From Octopus sinensis (lineage: Eukaryota), in the NCBI RefSeq assembly GCF_006345805.1, contig NC_043001.1, positions 992,001-1,056,000 of the forward strand: a stretch of 64,000 bases of DNA. The letters are read 5' to 3'. The position numbers were made by a program, and so were the translations under genes. Under the pieces are notes generated by a model. The model was not told the origin of the DNA. It worked only from the letters and a program-made list of their open reading frames with translations, and did no database searches. The stretch's first letter is position 1. Each line of letters opens with the position of its first letter. This document shows positions 13,368 to 27,875 of the stretch, one piece after another.

Positions 13368-15050
13368 CCATCATCATCATTATCATCGTCATCGTTTAAC
13401 ATCCACTTTCCATGCTGGCATGGGCTGGACTGAGGACTGGTGAATCAGATGGCTGCACCAGGCCCTAATCCAATTTGGCAATGTTTCTACACCTGGATGC
13501 CCTTCCTAATGCTAACCACTCTGACAGTGTAATGGGTGCTTTTTACATGCCACTGGCATGGGAGCCAGTCAGGCAGTACTGGCATTGGCTATGCAAGCAC
13601 AGTTTATTGCCCAATGAGTGAAGGGTGCTCTTAAATGAGTTGCTTATGCTGCACTAGCATAGGCCATGGTTATGGTCTCACTTGGCTTGCTGGGTTTTCT
13701 CAAGCACAGCATATTTCCAAAGGTCTCAGTCACTTGTCATCACCTCGGTGAGGCCCAACATTCGAAGGTCATGCTTCACCACCTCATCCCATGTCTTCCT
13801 GGGTCTGCCTCCTCCACAGGTTCCTTCAACTGCTAGGGTGTGACACTTTTTCACCCAGCTGTCCATCTTCTATATGCGACACATGACCATACCAGTGTAG
13901 TCGTCTCTCTTGCATACCACAGCTGATGCTTCTTAGATCTAACTTTTCTCTCAGGGTGCTTACACACTGTCATGAATGCACACTGACATTACACATCCAA
14001 CGGAGCATACTGGCTTCATTCCTTGCAAGCTTACGCGTGTCCTCAGCAGTCACAGCCCATGTTTCACTGCCATGTAGCATGTCTGTTCATACACATGCGT
14101 CATACAGTCTACCTTTTACTCTGAGCGAGAGGTCCTTTGTCACCAGCAGAGGTAGGAGCTCTCTGAAATTTGCCCAGGCTATTCTTATTCTAGCAGCTAC
14201 ACTTTCAGTGCATCCACCTCCGCTACTGACTTGGTCACCTAGGTAGTGGAAGCTATCAACTACTTCTAATTTAACTCCCTGGAATGTGACAGAAGCTGTT
14301 CTCCACACATTCTCAGTGTTTATTGCTCCAGAGCATCTACCACATATAAAAAAACTATCTTCCCAGTTAGCCTTCCTTTGATATTGCTGCATCTCTTATG
14401 TGTCCATAGCTTACATCAGGTACATCTTATGGAGTTTCTACCTACGCCTTTTCTACAGATTGAGCAGGGCCGTCTACCTGAAGGGATTTGTGGCTTGTCT
14501 GCCTTCCTACTTATTAGGACTTTGGTTTTAGCTAGGTTGATTCTAAGGCACTTCGATTCTAATCCTTGCTTCCACACCTGAAACTTCTCTAGTTTTGATA
14601 GTGACTCAGCAATTAGAGCAAGGTCATCAGCATAGAAAAGCTTCCAGGGGCATCCTGTCTTGAATTCCTCTGTTATTGCCTGGAGGACTGTGATGAATAA
14701 GAGGGGCCTGAGAACTAATCCTTGGTGGATCTCTACCTCTACCCAGAATTCTTCATTGAACTCGTTGCCAACCCTCACCTTACTGACAGCATCCCTGTAC
14801 ATAGCTTGTACTGCTCTCACTAACCACTCATCTATCCCTAGTTTCCACATTGACTACCAGATAAGGGATCGGGGGACCCTGTCAAAGGCTTTCTCAATGT
14901 CAACAAAAGCCAGGTACAGAGGTTTATCTTTGGCTAGGTATTTCTCCTGCAGCTGTCTTACTAGAAATATAGCATCAGTGGTGCTTTTCCCTGGCACAAA
15001 CCCAAACTGCAGCTCATCTAAACTAACTCTCTGCCTAATTGGGCTCTTTT
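13368..15050 (-). mobile_element. 5'-truncated RTE-clade LINE (RT pseudogene plus 3' UTR)
   Basis: The minus strand gives QFGFVPGKSTTDAIF, LAFVDIEKAFDRVP, HQG..L.PLLF, FYADDL and YLGDQ, with frameshifts. The 3' UTR and (ATG)n tail lie at 13368-13680. Confidence 0.93.
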
Positions 15051-15139
15051 AAAATGAAAGGCAGATTGTACAATGCTTGTGTACCAACTGCAGTGCTACA
15101 TGAAAATAAGATGAGGCCTCTGAATGCAAAGGACTTGAA

Positions 15140-15520
15140 AAACATAGAGAGGGATTAAGCTAGTATGTTCCATTGGATGTGCAACATCAGTGTGCATGGT
15201 ATGACAAAATGCAAGTGTATTGAGAGAAAAGTTAGGAAGAAGACAAATCAGATGTAACGTGCAAGAGGGAAGACTGTGATGGTTTGTTCATGTGATGCAT
15301 ATGGATGAAGCTAGTTGTATGAGGAAGTGCTAGTCACATAAAGTAGATGGTTTGTGAAGGAAAGAAATCCAGGAAGACGTGGGACAAAATATGTTGGATC
15401 TTAAGATGCTGAGCTTCACAGAGGAAATGAGAAAAAGTCCCAAGGATTCCTTGAGAAGACCCACCTGTTTGTCACAGCAAAATTTAGATCCAAAAAGCAT
15501 GCTGTGCTCTGCACCCACCT
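15140..15520 (+). mobile_element. Decayed RTE RT C-terminal fragment
   Basis: Nucleotide similarity to 35065-35400 (GCTAGTATG..TGGATGTGCAACATCAGTGT, GAGAGAAAAGTT, ATGGATGAAG). Confidence 0.7.
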
Positions 15521-17569
15521 GATGCGTTCCCCTACCTTTCCTCTTCCTAACATCCATCCCTCCATCACTTTTTAAATGATGACACACCTGAACTGAGATA
15601 TAATCATTTGAAAGCACCAATGGCACATGTTTCACCCCCACTTTGGTGCCACCAATTACCTCCTCATCATAATAAAGCCACTTCTTTTAAACTTGATTCT
15701 CCTTCTCATCCATATCCATACTACTTCCCACTGACCAATCACCCCCCACCCCCCATTTCGTGCCTCCAGTTATCTCTCCCTCTCATCTGAAATACAGCTC
15801 AGGTTCACCATACCTCATCCTTTCTGCTATCATTCCCACTCTCCTCTCCTATCAGCCATCGATATTCCCCACTACCTCTGTCACCCCATTCAGTACAGCC
15901 ACCCTCATCTACCCTTGACTTCTGATTCTCAGTTTGCAAGAATGACGTAGATGTTGTTGTTGTTGTTGTTGTTATTGTTATGAAATAATGAGTTGGGTGA
16001 GAGAAAGAGAGAGTGAGAGAGTGAGTGTAGTTGTTTCAAGTGATGGAGCTATTCAGTGTCTGCTATATTTAAATATGGTAAATCTCAGAAGGATTTCCTA
16101 TTTTCTCTGCACTTTTACTTTCATTATATTTGACACTATGAATAAGCCTTTCATATGGTTACTTGACCTGCTAGAAATAATAACCAAGTCTCCCTCACAT
16201 CACACACTGCCATTTTAAAATACATAAGATTACATTAAATAGCGCACTCCTATATACTTCTGAAAAGAAAGGATGACTGATCCCCTGTCATCTGAAGGAG
16301 GACTCAACATGGGTGAGATGCCTTCTTCATCTGAATCACTAAGGAAACCAGTCAACAAATTTCAGAGTTACGATTTGAGGGAATCTATGCATATCCCAGT
16401 TTTATATAATGTCCCTGTGTGTGGCAAGAGATGACTGCGAAGGTTGTTGACAGGAAGTACATCCCTACTTGAAGGGTTGGTGATACTAAGTGCATCCTAC
16501 TGTGAAACATTGCTTTGGGTTACTCATCCATCTGCTGAATAATCCCTACCAGAATATGTCAATACACAAACATATCTTAAGGCATGCCACCAGGCCCCTC
16601 TTTGATTAAACCCGTTTGAAATTGATGCAGGGCAATGCTAGTCCCATAATTCAAGTCCTCCTATGCATAGTCCAACTATTTATCAAAGGCAAGAGTTGGC
16701 AAAGTGATCAGCATTGACCCCTGATGATGTATATGGCTATCCAAGGGGTCAAATATTGGAAACAATTTTGAGTATTATAAGAGCTGTATTATTAGTAAAC
16801 TGAAATTAGAAGAGTGTAGTAATTCCAAGCTAAAACTCACCAATTCCCTGCCAAATATTGATGCAATAACTTGAATTCACCAAACTCATATTGCACATTA
16901 AATATCCTGACTTTATCAATATAATATCACTGAGTTTTTAATGTCTTTTTTTATCAATTTTGTTAAGTATTTTCATTAAATTTCTTCAAATATTTCTTAT
17001 TAAAAAGCAATAATGACACCAAAGAACAAAGGAATTGTTACTTTTAAATCAAGAAACTTTTTATTAATTAAAGTTTTTAATTTAATTTTAGAAATTTACA
17101 TGCAGGGGTTTAATAAATTATTAACGATTTCAGGAAAAGGCCCTCGATGAAAGAAATTTGCTGATCTCTGATCTGAAGAAATAAGACTTAAGTAGAGGCC
17201 CAATACATTGGTTTCAGTTGGATTAGAACTTTGAATCTTGCCACTACTTGCCTAGTTAGGAAACTCTTAATCTATGGGAATGAGTTGGTCGGTCGGTCAA
17301 TCGGTCAAATTATTGATTACATGTTTAATACATTGTCATCGTTGTTCCTGTCCTCCTCTTCGGCCTCCTCCCCCTTATCATCATCATCATCATCTTTGTT
17401 GTCATCATCTTCATCTTCTTCATCACCACCACCACCACCACCACCATCATCATCATTTGATAACCTGTATTCCATGCTGATGTGGGTTGAGTGACCCAAC
17501 CAGGACCCTACAAAGCCAGGCGACTGTCTTGAGCCCCAGTGTCAGTTTGAGCAAGAATTCTTTCTTATT

Positions 17570-17787
17570 TTTTTTCTACTCTAGGCACAAGGCCTGACAT
17601 TTTGGTGGGGACAGGATTAAGTTGATTAGGTTCACTCTAGTACACAACTGGTACTTAATTTATCAACCCCAAAAGGATGAAAGGCAAAGTCAACCTCAGC
17701 GGAATTTGAACTCAGAACGTAAAGACAGACAAAATACTGCAAAGCACTTTGCTCGACCTGCTAAAGTTTCTGCCAGCTCGCTGCCCC
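17570..17787 (-). mobile_element. tRNA-derived SINE (family A)
   Basis: Same core as 140-320, with B box GAGTTCAAATTCC. Confidence 0.85.
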
Positions 17788-18311
17788 TTAAGATAATATA
17801 TTAATAAGGTTAAGTTCACGTGTGTGTGTGCAGTGTTACAAGGTTAAAATATGACAGTTGGACAACAGAATATCAAAGTGTCCACTAGGAATAGATATGA
17901 GATGGACAAACTGACAAACAGATGAGTGAAAGTTAATACAGAGTGTATTAAAAGAAAGTAATTAGAAATAATTGTGAAACATAAAGAATATTAAAATGTT
18001 TTTGATTTTTACAATTAGTATGGAAAGAGAAAACCATTGCAAGTGTTTCAGTCTTATTCTGAACTTGTCAGGAAAGCATAGTTTATGCAATAGCTGTGAA
18101 AATAAATGATTCTCTCCATAAATCAATGTACAAGACGGTCCATTTATTATGTGAAGGAACATAGAACTGTTTAGAAATTAAATAACTCAAAAACACTGCA
18201 TCAATAAGAAATTAGTCAAGTTTATATAAACATGATGCAGGCAGTGTTAAGAAAGAACTAAATAGAAATAATTAGTCTCGTTAGCCAAAGACTGTTGTAA
18301 AGCTCAAAGCT

Positions 18312-18358
<47 letters not shown>

Positions 18359-18499
18359 AACATTTCTGGACATATTTTCTGAGATAAATGTACAGCAGCA
18401 GCAGTTAAGTGCACAGATTAAAAGGTCAGCTTCATCAGGTTCTGCTGAACAGAAATTCCTGTGTCCACTGACATCTACATCTACATGCACGCATGCACG

Positions 18500-18540
<41 letters not shown>

Positions 18541-18867
18541 GCACACATTGTTTACATAATTTCACAAACTCAATGCGTCTGTACAGAATAACTGAGTCAT
18601 ACACATACTAAAAAAACAACAAAAACAACAACATGCAAAAGGAAAACACAAACATTCATGCACAACAAACTACAACAGTCTTCACGTGTCAACCATGCAC
18701 ATGCACACGCACACACACACACCGATTTGTTGATCTCTAGAAGTAAAGAGATCTAGAAAGGTTAATTTACAAGTTGTTTATGTATTTATGGGAAGGTTGG
18801 GGAGAGGAGGGGCTGGGGAAAGAAGAGGAATAATAGCAGTAAATAATTTTCTACATCTCTTATGATA

Positions 18868-18904
<37 letters not shown>

Positions 18905-19631
18905 CTTTAATAAGTACTAAGGGTTCACAAAAACGTTGGAGGATGGTACTGGACAAGAGAATGTGGGGTTGCACAAAGCTGTATGTAAAAGGGAACAAAA
19001 GTAAAATAGATTCCAGCAATAAATATTTTCACAAACTTGAAAGACTTGCTTGAGCTGATCAGGAAAACCCTACGAAAGCATGGCCACCCTGACCGCAAGG
19101 GTAAGAGCCTTATCCACATTCTCTACCTTCAATATTTAGGCTAAGAGGAGGCCTCATTGCTGGGTGGCAGCATTTATCTTGCCACCCTCACAATCCTTTC
19201 CAAATGAAACTTGAAAAGGTTGATGAGAGCTTGGCCAAAAATATGTCAGTCTTCTGCAATTTCAGTCTAATTCACCCGATAACCTCCATTGTTAAAGCTA
19301 ACTGACAGATAAATACTGCCTGGCCATCCCTGCTGAAGGAGAGTGGCAGGCATATCTTCCCAATAGACACAGCTGATGGCCAGATCCATCTTATAGGTGT
19401 TTAGTGGGTGTTTCACACAAACCCATTAGGAAGCAATACTCAAGCAGTGTGTGCAGAACAGTTTCATTGTTCTGCATTCAGGTTTGACAGGAGTTGGCAA
19501 GGCTGGAGAGCTGCACCAAGTTCCATTGCCTGCTTTGACATGGTTTCTGTGGATGCATGCCCTCTCCTAACACCAACCACTTTACAGTGTGTACTGTTGG
19601 GTGCTTTTTACATGTGTATGTGATATATGCA

Positions 19632-19684
<53 letters not shown>

Positions 19685-19999
19685 TCTGTCTATAGCACTT
19701 TATATATATATATGTATATTGTGGTTTAAATGGTGTGCAGAATCCCATACTCGTCGTCATTGTCATTATCGTCATTAATATCATCTTATGTCTGCTTTCC
19801 ATGCTAGTATGGGTTGGACGGTTTGACAGGGAACCAGTGAGCTGCAGGGCTGCATCGAGCACCAGTGTCATCTTTGGCATGGTTCCGGCTGCTGGCTGCC
19901 CTTCCTAATGCCTTTGATGGGCCTACAGGGTGGGTTTTTTCATGCCATCAGCACAAATAAGGTTGCCATGTAACTTGCAAGACAGAAGAGAATAAGGGA

Positions 20000-20400
20000 A
20001 AGGGGAGAAAAGCCCCCTTTACTAAGAAGTGTTTAAGAGGGGGGGAGAAGGAGAGGTGGGTCATTTCATGCTGGGTGTTGAAAGGTTAAAGTATGAGGGA
20101 CAAGCACAAGTGTCTTGCTGTAGAGGAGATAAAAGGAGGTTGGTAAAGGGGTGCTCCAGCAAACTCTGAAGGAACAAGATGAGGGACATAAGAGAGGACA
20201 CGGACAGTGGGAGGGATGAGAGATGTGTGGGTGCTTTCATAGGAGAGTGGTGGGGGGAGTAAACAGGTGAATGTAGAGACTGATGCTGTGCAATACGAGT
20301 ATTGAAAGAGGTAACGGGGAGAGATGCAGGAGTGGCCCAGGAAGGATACTGGAATCAAAAGTTGTGGGATGATGAGCGTAGGAGCAGTGGAGATATGGAC
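20000..20400 (-). repeat. Pyrimidine-rich interspersed repeat, possibly a Penelope-like 3' region
   Basis: Shares CCTCTACAGCAAGACAC with 29160-29190. Compositionally similar tracts lie at 15600-15930, 22100-22560 and 28900-29300. The class assignment is inference. Confidence 0.4.
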
Positions 20401-21289
20401 ATTAAATGATGATATATTTGTGTGTGTATGTGTATAGAATACATGTGTGTATGAGTGAGACATAGAAATGGTGGTGGTGGTGGTGGTGGTGGTGGTGGCT
20501 GGGAGGAAAACAGAAATAAAAACTCAGGCAGAATGAAGAAATGAAGCAACACTATAGATTTTGGTCAGACTGTTGCTTAAATATCTTCTAGAACTCACTA
20601 AAGCTATGTTCAAACACATAATACGATGATTTCAAAATAGACTCCAATTTAATACCAATTTAGCTGAAGTCTCTTCAGTAGTTTTAGAATTAGAGCTGAA
20701 ATAGCAAAACGATTGGTTTGGCATTTATTTTTGTTTTTATTGGTTTTCTTGGGATTTCTTTCTTTATTTCATCAATAACTCTCAGAACTGTAGAGAAAAT
20801 AATTTATTTGATAATTCCAACATTTCATTTGAAGTTAGTTTCAGCACATGTTCTTTAGTGAAAATTCTACCACCAAACCATCAGTGATGCTCACACCATC
20901 AGTCGATGATGCGTAATAAAAGGAAAAAGAAGAAAAAAATCATTTTCTAAGCTGAATGGTCAATGAGAGGGAACGATTGTTATTGAGTGAGACTCTTAGA
21001 GGAAGATGGCTGGAATCTAATTTCTAATTTCTAGTTTCTAAGCACAAATGAAACTATCACAGCCGAACTGAAAGTAAATGCTCAACATGTCCTCAAGTGC
21101 TGGGTTCAACTCACATGCTTTGTTCATATAAGCAATAATAATAATAACACTGAACTTGTTGTATACAGTGCTCAGGTGCACCACAACGCATCAGAAAAAG
21201 TAGCCAGAAGTGAATGAAGAGTACATAAATGCACAAGAAGTGAACGGTGAAGGGGTCTCACTGAAAATAGGTGTGTGTGTGTGTGTGTG

Positions 21290-21490
21290 TGTGGGGAGAT
21301 CAGTTGTGTAGTCGGTGTATTACAGGAAGCATAAATAGTTTGAAGGACAAAAAGTGATGTGGGTAGTTTATTCCATGCTTTAGCAATGCAAAGCTTGAAA
21401 AAGTGTTTCTGAAAGTAATGGGTGCTGTGTTGTTTTTTCCCTTTGTCAGCATGTCCACAAGTGTTAGACACACTTGAAATGGTCATCTGG
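21290..21490 (-). mobile_element. CR1/L2-like LINE 3' end
   Basis: The minus strand gives GHADKGKKQHSTHYFQKHFFKLCIAKAWNKLP, resembling the CR1 ORF2 C-terminus (RGH..K.....R..FF..RV...WN.LP). Confidence 0.75.
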
Positions 21491-24400
21491 CTGTGTATGT
21501 CACTGAAGTATGGCTACTGTTGTTGCTTAGCTCTAGTTCAGCCTCAAGGACACTATGCACTCTAATATCTTAGACCATACTTAGACAAGAGGTACTTGAC
21601 TGGTTATCAGACACACTCCAGCATCCGGCCTACAGCCTTGTTGTCTCCTCATCTCTCTGCTTTCTCTATCACTGTTTCAGACAGTCTATCAAATAAAGCA
21701 TTTTCAATTTAAGATGGTAGAGCTCTGGTTTCTAAATAATGAGCCACGTGATATAGAGAGAGATGCACGATGAAAATAGTGAAAAAAATATATCTAAAAC
21801 AAATGTGCAGTTTTGTTGACTAAGTTTCACAGAATAGGCATTTTTAAATGGAAGACTTTAGGAGAAGACATCAAAATGCTATTTGGTAGCATTGAAACTG
21901 GAACCGATGTGCTTTTAAAGAAATTTTCTAGATTACAACAGCTCTATCTTCACTCTTTATGTATTTGTAAGTAACTGTTCACCACAGGTACTGGAAGTTG
22001 AAATACATTTAAATTGGGGAAAAATCCAGGTAAATACTTTAAAATATTTTACAGACACACATCAAAAATAACTATAGTTATTAATCATCATTAGCTCTCA
22101 TATCATCCCACTTTTTGTATTCTGTTTAAAATTATCCAATTACTGTCTTTCATTTCATCTTCTCTATCCCGACCGAATTACTAACCTCCATCATCTCTCT
22201 CTTTCCCATCTACCTTTCTAAACTACTGGCCAATGCTTGTTTTCTCTCTCCTTTTCTGTCACCCATCATTATTGCATTCCATCTCTCTCTCTCCCACATT
22301 ATTATCTCATTCATCACTCACTATGACTCACATCACTCTTTACCTTCAGTTACCCCCACCTCCATTGTCCACTCGCCCTCCAATCCTACTTTCTTCTTGC
22401 CAAACAATTTCTGTTGTTTTTCTATTCAATCTCCTTCCCAACAACCCATATGTAACTGCATTTCACTGTCTTTCTTTTATAAGTCTACCCCTTCTGTCAC
22501 CTTCATACATCTATTACTCTGTCTCCCATCATCCCCTCTCTTCTATCATCATCTTGTTCAGGTCCTCTTTTCTGTTTATCAGAAGAGACTTATTCTGCCT
22601 TCAACAAACAGTGACCGCATAAAATTCTTTAGCCTTGCCAGGGACAATGCAATCTCTCTTGTGCTGGAACCATTATGACAGGCATCCAATGCATTCTATG
22701 AAGTGGTGGATGTCAAGAAGAGCAGCCAGGCATAGATCCCATGCCAAAAGTGGTACCTAAAAGCACAAGGCATCATTTTCCAAAGGATCTAAGAGAGTAG
22801 AAACTTGAAATAACAACTGAATGGGACTGTGACAACCCATCTAGCCTTTGCCACCATGGAAGGCAGATGTAAAATGGTGATGGTGGTGGTGATGGTGATC
22901 ATGACGATAGGAATGATGATGATGATGATGCTATAGCAATGATATAACTCTGTATAAAGTTCTTAGTTTTCCATTCTTCCCAGTGAACATATTTTGTTCT
23001 TTTTTCATCAAACTGTTTTTATTATAATTCTGTTTCTGGAAGTGTAAAGTTTTCGATGTCAGAATACTGACTCTGGCAGCAAAAAATGTGCCAAATAATT
23101 CGATTACTATTTTCTAATTTATTAATGGCTGTTGATTAATAATGAGGAGAGTTGCAGGAGAAACTTGCCTGCGGTCTATTATAAAAGGTTGTATTTAATC
23201 AGATGTTTTGTTACTATTTCCAGGAATAATTGAAAAAAAGGAAGAAAAAGAGAAAGAAAGAAAGATCAGCAAGTTTTAAAAATTCAGTAAAGTTGCATTT
23301 GTTGTTATTAAGCCCCAGGTCAGAAAGAATCCTGCTAACTTCTGGATCACAAGTATTTTGTCTATAGCCATCTTGTTGCATTGAATATCAGGTAGTAATT
23401 ACATTGTCTAATCTGTTCTTCTTTTTCTATGATTGCAGAGAAAGAGCTGAGGGAAATTTGGCTGCTATTACTAAGAAGAAGAACGACCATTTAGAGGCTC
23501 TTTCATTAACTCATTTACTGAAGTATATATTTATTTGTCTGAAATAAAGGCTGGGACAGTATCTACTCCTACAATGCTTGTTATATGGTGGGAGTATCAG
23601 GATGGCAGCATAGGTTTGTGTATTGTAATGCTTCTTTCAGAGTTTGTTAAACTCTGGTGACTATGTTGCTAAGAATGAGGGCTAACAGTTTGAAGGAATC
23701 AGAAACAGTTTGGAGTAGAGAGAAGCCTTTAGTGTTCCAGGGGATGAAGCAGTCATTCCAGTGCTTGTGTTGTGATAGAATACAGTCAGGGCAGTCTGTA
23801 AAGTGGGTGATGCTAGGAAGAGAATCTAGTTGTAAAAAACAGATTAAATGTGAGCAAGATGTGGTTCCCTAAATCGTCTTGGAGAACAGTAAATCTAGAT
23901 TGGTGCTGAGTTGGATGTTGTTGGCCCATCCATCCCATAATAGAGTGGAAATCAGATTTATGATGATAGTACTGGTGGATAGACATAGAAAATTATCAAG
24001 TAAAAGACAACTTTGAAGGCTGTGAAGGAAAAAACAGGAAGAAAGATGAAATTGGCTGATGAGACAAGGTGGACTTATGTCTCCTGTGTGCATTTATTGC
24101 CTCATTAGGTTTACAGATTTTAAATGTTTGATTGATGAAGTGAGTGTCAGGTGAGAGGAGCATCTGTTAAGTGGGTGAATGCTTAGGTCTGAACATTTCA
24201 AGCTAGTTTGATACTTTCACAGTGCTACCAAGAACAAGAGAGATGTCTCCTAGTTTAATTATTAGGGGACATATAGGGAGCACATAAAGGACGTTATTTG
24301 GGGACATATCTCTGAGTAACAATAATCAAGGCACAACAAAAAGAACATCCATATGGTTGTTTGACCTGCTAAAAATAGAAACCTTTTATTGTCTTCATTA

Positions 24401-25120
24401 AATGAAGAACACAATGGACAATGTATTCCAAGATATTCTACACAAACTCAAAATGAACACGATTGCCATGACTGGAAAACCTTTAGCTCAAAGCCAGTGA
24501 AGGTTTCTAATGCAAGTATTGTGGGAAGAGTACTTTATGTTTTTTATTAATTTATTTTTACTATTTGTTTTTACCTTGAAGTTGTTTGCTCCTAATAATT
24601 ATGCATCCAAGGTAACTATGTCTGTGACCCTGTCCATGTTACTTCCCAGGTCAAAGCTGACTTGATGCTAAACAACAATTCAGTGCCATCATAGCATTTA
24701 AATCTATACATATACAACAGTATAATTATATTGCTTTACAAGATGATGATGATGATCATCATCATCAATCTGTGTTCTAAACTGGCATGGGTTGGATGGT
24801 CTGACAGGAGCTGGTAAGCTGGAGAGATCCACCAGAATCCATTTGTCTGTTTTAACATGATTTCTTCAGCTGGATGTCCTTCCTAATGCCAACCACTTTA
24901 CAGAGTGTACAAAGTGTGATTTTTAGGTGGCACCAATCTCAGTATTTTTCTTACGTGGTACCAGCTTGTAATATTCTACTAAAATATATCATGTAATAAT
25001 ATAAGTGAGATGAGGAAGGTCAGCCTCCACAATCCATTTTGCAAGAGTTTTGGGCTCCCTCAGAGCAAAGATGTAGAAGAAACCTCAAACATGACTCAGC
25101 TAGAACATAATATAAATATA

Positions 25121-25300
25121 GGTTTCAAATTTTGGCACAAAGCCAATCAACCCCAGTACACAACTGGTACTTATTTCATTGGCTCTGTAAAGACATAAGA
25201 CTAAGTCAGCCTCAGTAGAATTTGAACTCAAAATATAAAGACATGAAATGTCACGAAGTATTTTGTCTTGTGTGCTAATGATTCTGTCAGTTTGCCACCC
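25121..25300 (-). mobile_element. tRNA-derived SINE (family A, diverged)
   Basis: GAATTTGAACTCA and CTGGTACTTATTT blocks. Confidence 0.7.
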
Positions 25301-26241
25301 GGACTTAATCCAAGTACCAGCAATGGAATGGACACACCAGAAAGTCACCCAAGGAGCCACTGGTCATGTTAATGGGCTGAGGCTATCACCAAACAACTGA
25401 CATAGTCCAGATGAAGATAGTTATTTTCTTAACAGGTTTTGATCACTCATAAGATTTGTGTTAAACCACTGCTAGGGTAGAAAATACTTGCTGAAGAAGG
25501 GCTTAGAGCAGGACTAAACTTCGAAAACTGCTTCATTGCAAAGCTAACTTCTTAATAACAGTCAGGCCTCCCTTTGGAATCTTTGTAAAAACAAATTTTT
25601 CTTTATCACTTCATACAATGATTTTTACATGAATAATTCTCCTCAGAAAATTTTTTTCCAAAATCAATCTAACACTGTTCTGAAGGAAGTTTCCTGGATC
25701 CAGTTTTCTTAGCAGCATATAAAATCACTGTGTGTGTGTGTGTGATGTATTTCTGATCAACGCTATTGGATTATCAAACTGCATCATCTGGGACATCAGA
25801 AATGACTTGAAAGAATTCTTTACCATTCTTCTTGTCTTTCTCTCTTTAGATAAGATAGCTAACATATCTTTTACTATTTGTTCAGTGTTTTCAGCATTTG
25901 TTTTGGACAAGCTCTTCAATTTGTCTGGTTGCTGTTTGTTCTGATGTTTGGGAAATTTATTTTCCTTCTTTAGGTTTGTCTTTTTATTTCTTTTTTCCCA
26001 ATTTTTCAAAATTTTTATCTTGGAGTTTGTGGTTTGCAAATTATTCTGGTATTTATTTTACATATTTCTGTTGTCTTCTGGCATTTTTTAAACATGCTTT
26101 ATTGAATGGTGCATTGGGCTCTTGCAGTTATGTATATATGTTATCTGTATACATACATACATATATAAACACACATGTATGCACATATACACACAAATAC
26201 ATATATGCATGCATGCATACATACATACATACACATATATA

Positions 26242-27060
26242 CAGGGTGTGATGGGTAAATTGCCACTATTTTATATATTAAATTGTGCACATGTGCATTG
26301 CTTGTTTTTGATTTTGTCATCTACACAGTATAGTAGGGTCAGTTGGGCACTATCTGTGAGAAAACAGCACTATGATGCAATTCATTCTGCTAAGAATTTG
26401 GAAATGACATGCTGTACTGCTTGGCATTCATGCTGAAAGTTCCAATACGAACATTTCAGAGTGTTTGGGTGTCAATCTGAGGACATGTACTGAGAGTGAA
26501 AAAAATCAAACATCCAGTCAACATCATGGTGTTCACGAGAGTGATCACTAGTGATGGTGACGTTATGCCTCCACTCATCTTCCCACATGGCCTCACACTC
26601 AACAAGGAGGCTTACATCAAGTGCCTGGAGGAGGTAGTGCTGCCCTGGGGGAAGAGGGTGGCTGCTGGAAGACCCTATGCTTGGTAACAGGACTCTGGAC
26701 CATGCCACACAAGCAGAAGAACCCAGTCATGGCTGTCACACAATTTCTGCGACCCCATCACCCCTAACATCTGATCACCTAACTCCCCAGACTGCAACCC
26801 TCTTGATTATTATGTGTAGGACACGGTTGAGTGAGAGACCAACAAAACTCCTTGTAACATCAAAGATGAATTGAAGGCAAGGATTATGGCAGCATTCACC
26901 TACTTAAACAAGGAGAACATCCAGAAGAGTTGCAGGAGGTTCGGAAGTCATCTGGAGGCCGTGGTTGAAGCCCAAAGCAATTTTATTGAATAAATTTACT
27001 CTTTAGTATTTCAAGATATTTTTATGTAATTTTGGTAAATATATCTGTTAAATTGAGATG
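26242..27060 (+). mobile_element. Internally deleted DD37D (maT-type) element
   Basis: TA-CAGGGTG left end. Reading IMVFTRVITSDGDVMPP...QDSGPCHT...SPDCNPLDYY, I count 37 residues between the last two Asp. Confidence 0.88.
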
Positions 27061-27114
27061 TTAGTGTTACTTCCAATTTTGTGTACCTACCTACCTATCT
27101 ATCCAACCACATAC

Positions 27115-27145
<31 letters not shown>

Positions 27146-27179
27146 AGTATTTGTGTGCGTGTGCATGTGTATGTGTATG

Positions 27180-27530
27180 ATGTAAGAACTTTCCCAGCCA
27201 CATAGTTCCAAGTCGAGTCCCACAGCATGGCACCTGACCAAAGACTTGTGAGTGGATTTGGTAGATGGAAACTGAAAGGATCCTGCTGTGTGTGTGTGTG
27301 TGTGTGTACTTGCTTTCGTCATACACCACTGCTTGACGACCGGTGTTGGTGTGTTTACATCCCCATAACTTAGCAATTCAACAAAAGTGACCAATAGAAT
27401 AAGTACCAGGCTCAAAATTGTGCTGGAGGTATGGTTAATAAACTTGAGTAAAATCCTTCAAGGCGCTGCCCCAGCATGGCCACAGTTTAATGAATGGAAC
27501 AAGTAAAGCATAAAGGATAAAAGATTGAAA
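27180..27530 (+). mobile_element. SINE (family B) with an internal (TG)n tract and a LINE-like 3' tail
   Basis: GTGAGTGGATTTGGTAGA, TTGACGACCGGTGTTGGTGTGTTTAC, AGAATAAGTACCAGG and CCCCAGCATGGCCACAG. Related copies lie at 43050-43480 (-), 57668-57905 and 58770-58935. Confidence 0.75.
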
Positions 27531-27875
27531 TAGATGAAGAAGAAGAATATAGAGAAGGATGGAATTAGTGGAGAGAAGCGAAGAACTGCTCAGAAATTCT
27601 CCTTCCCTCATACTATTTGAATATATGACCTTTTCAAGCTTGGCCTACATTGTACACACACACACATACATGTGACCACTATTAGTTGCTACAAACCATT
27701 ATTAGTAGAAAAATCTATATAAAGCATATTTTTGATTTGAGTGGATATCGGTAGAAATGTTTCTTTGTTAAAGGAGAGAGGCAGAGAGGGAGAAAGAACG
27801 TATGTATAAGAGTATCTCTCTCTCTATATATATATATATATAAACATATATGTGTGTGTGTATATGTGTATGTAT

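Noticed and set aside
19010-19100. Exon candidate IPAINIFTNLKDLLELIRKTLRKHGHPDRK with a GTAAGA donor
   Set aside because: The acceptor context is purine-rich and weak, and the surrounding sequence looks like a decayed repeat.
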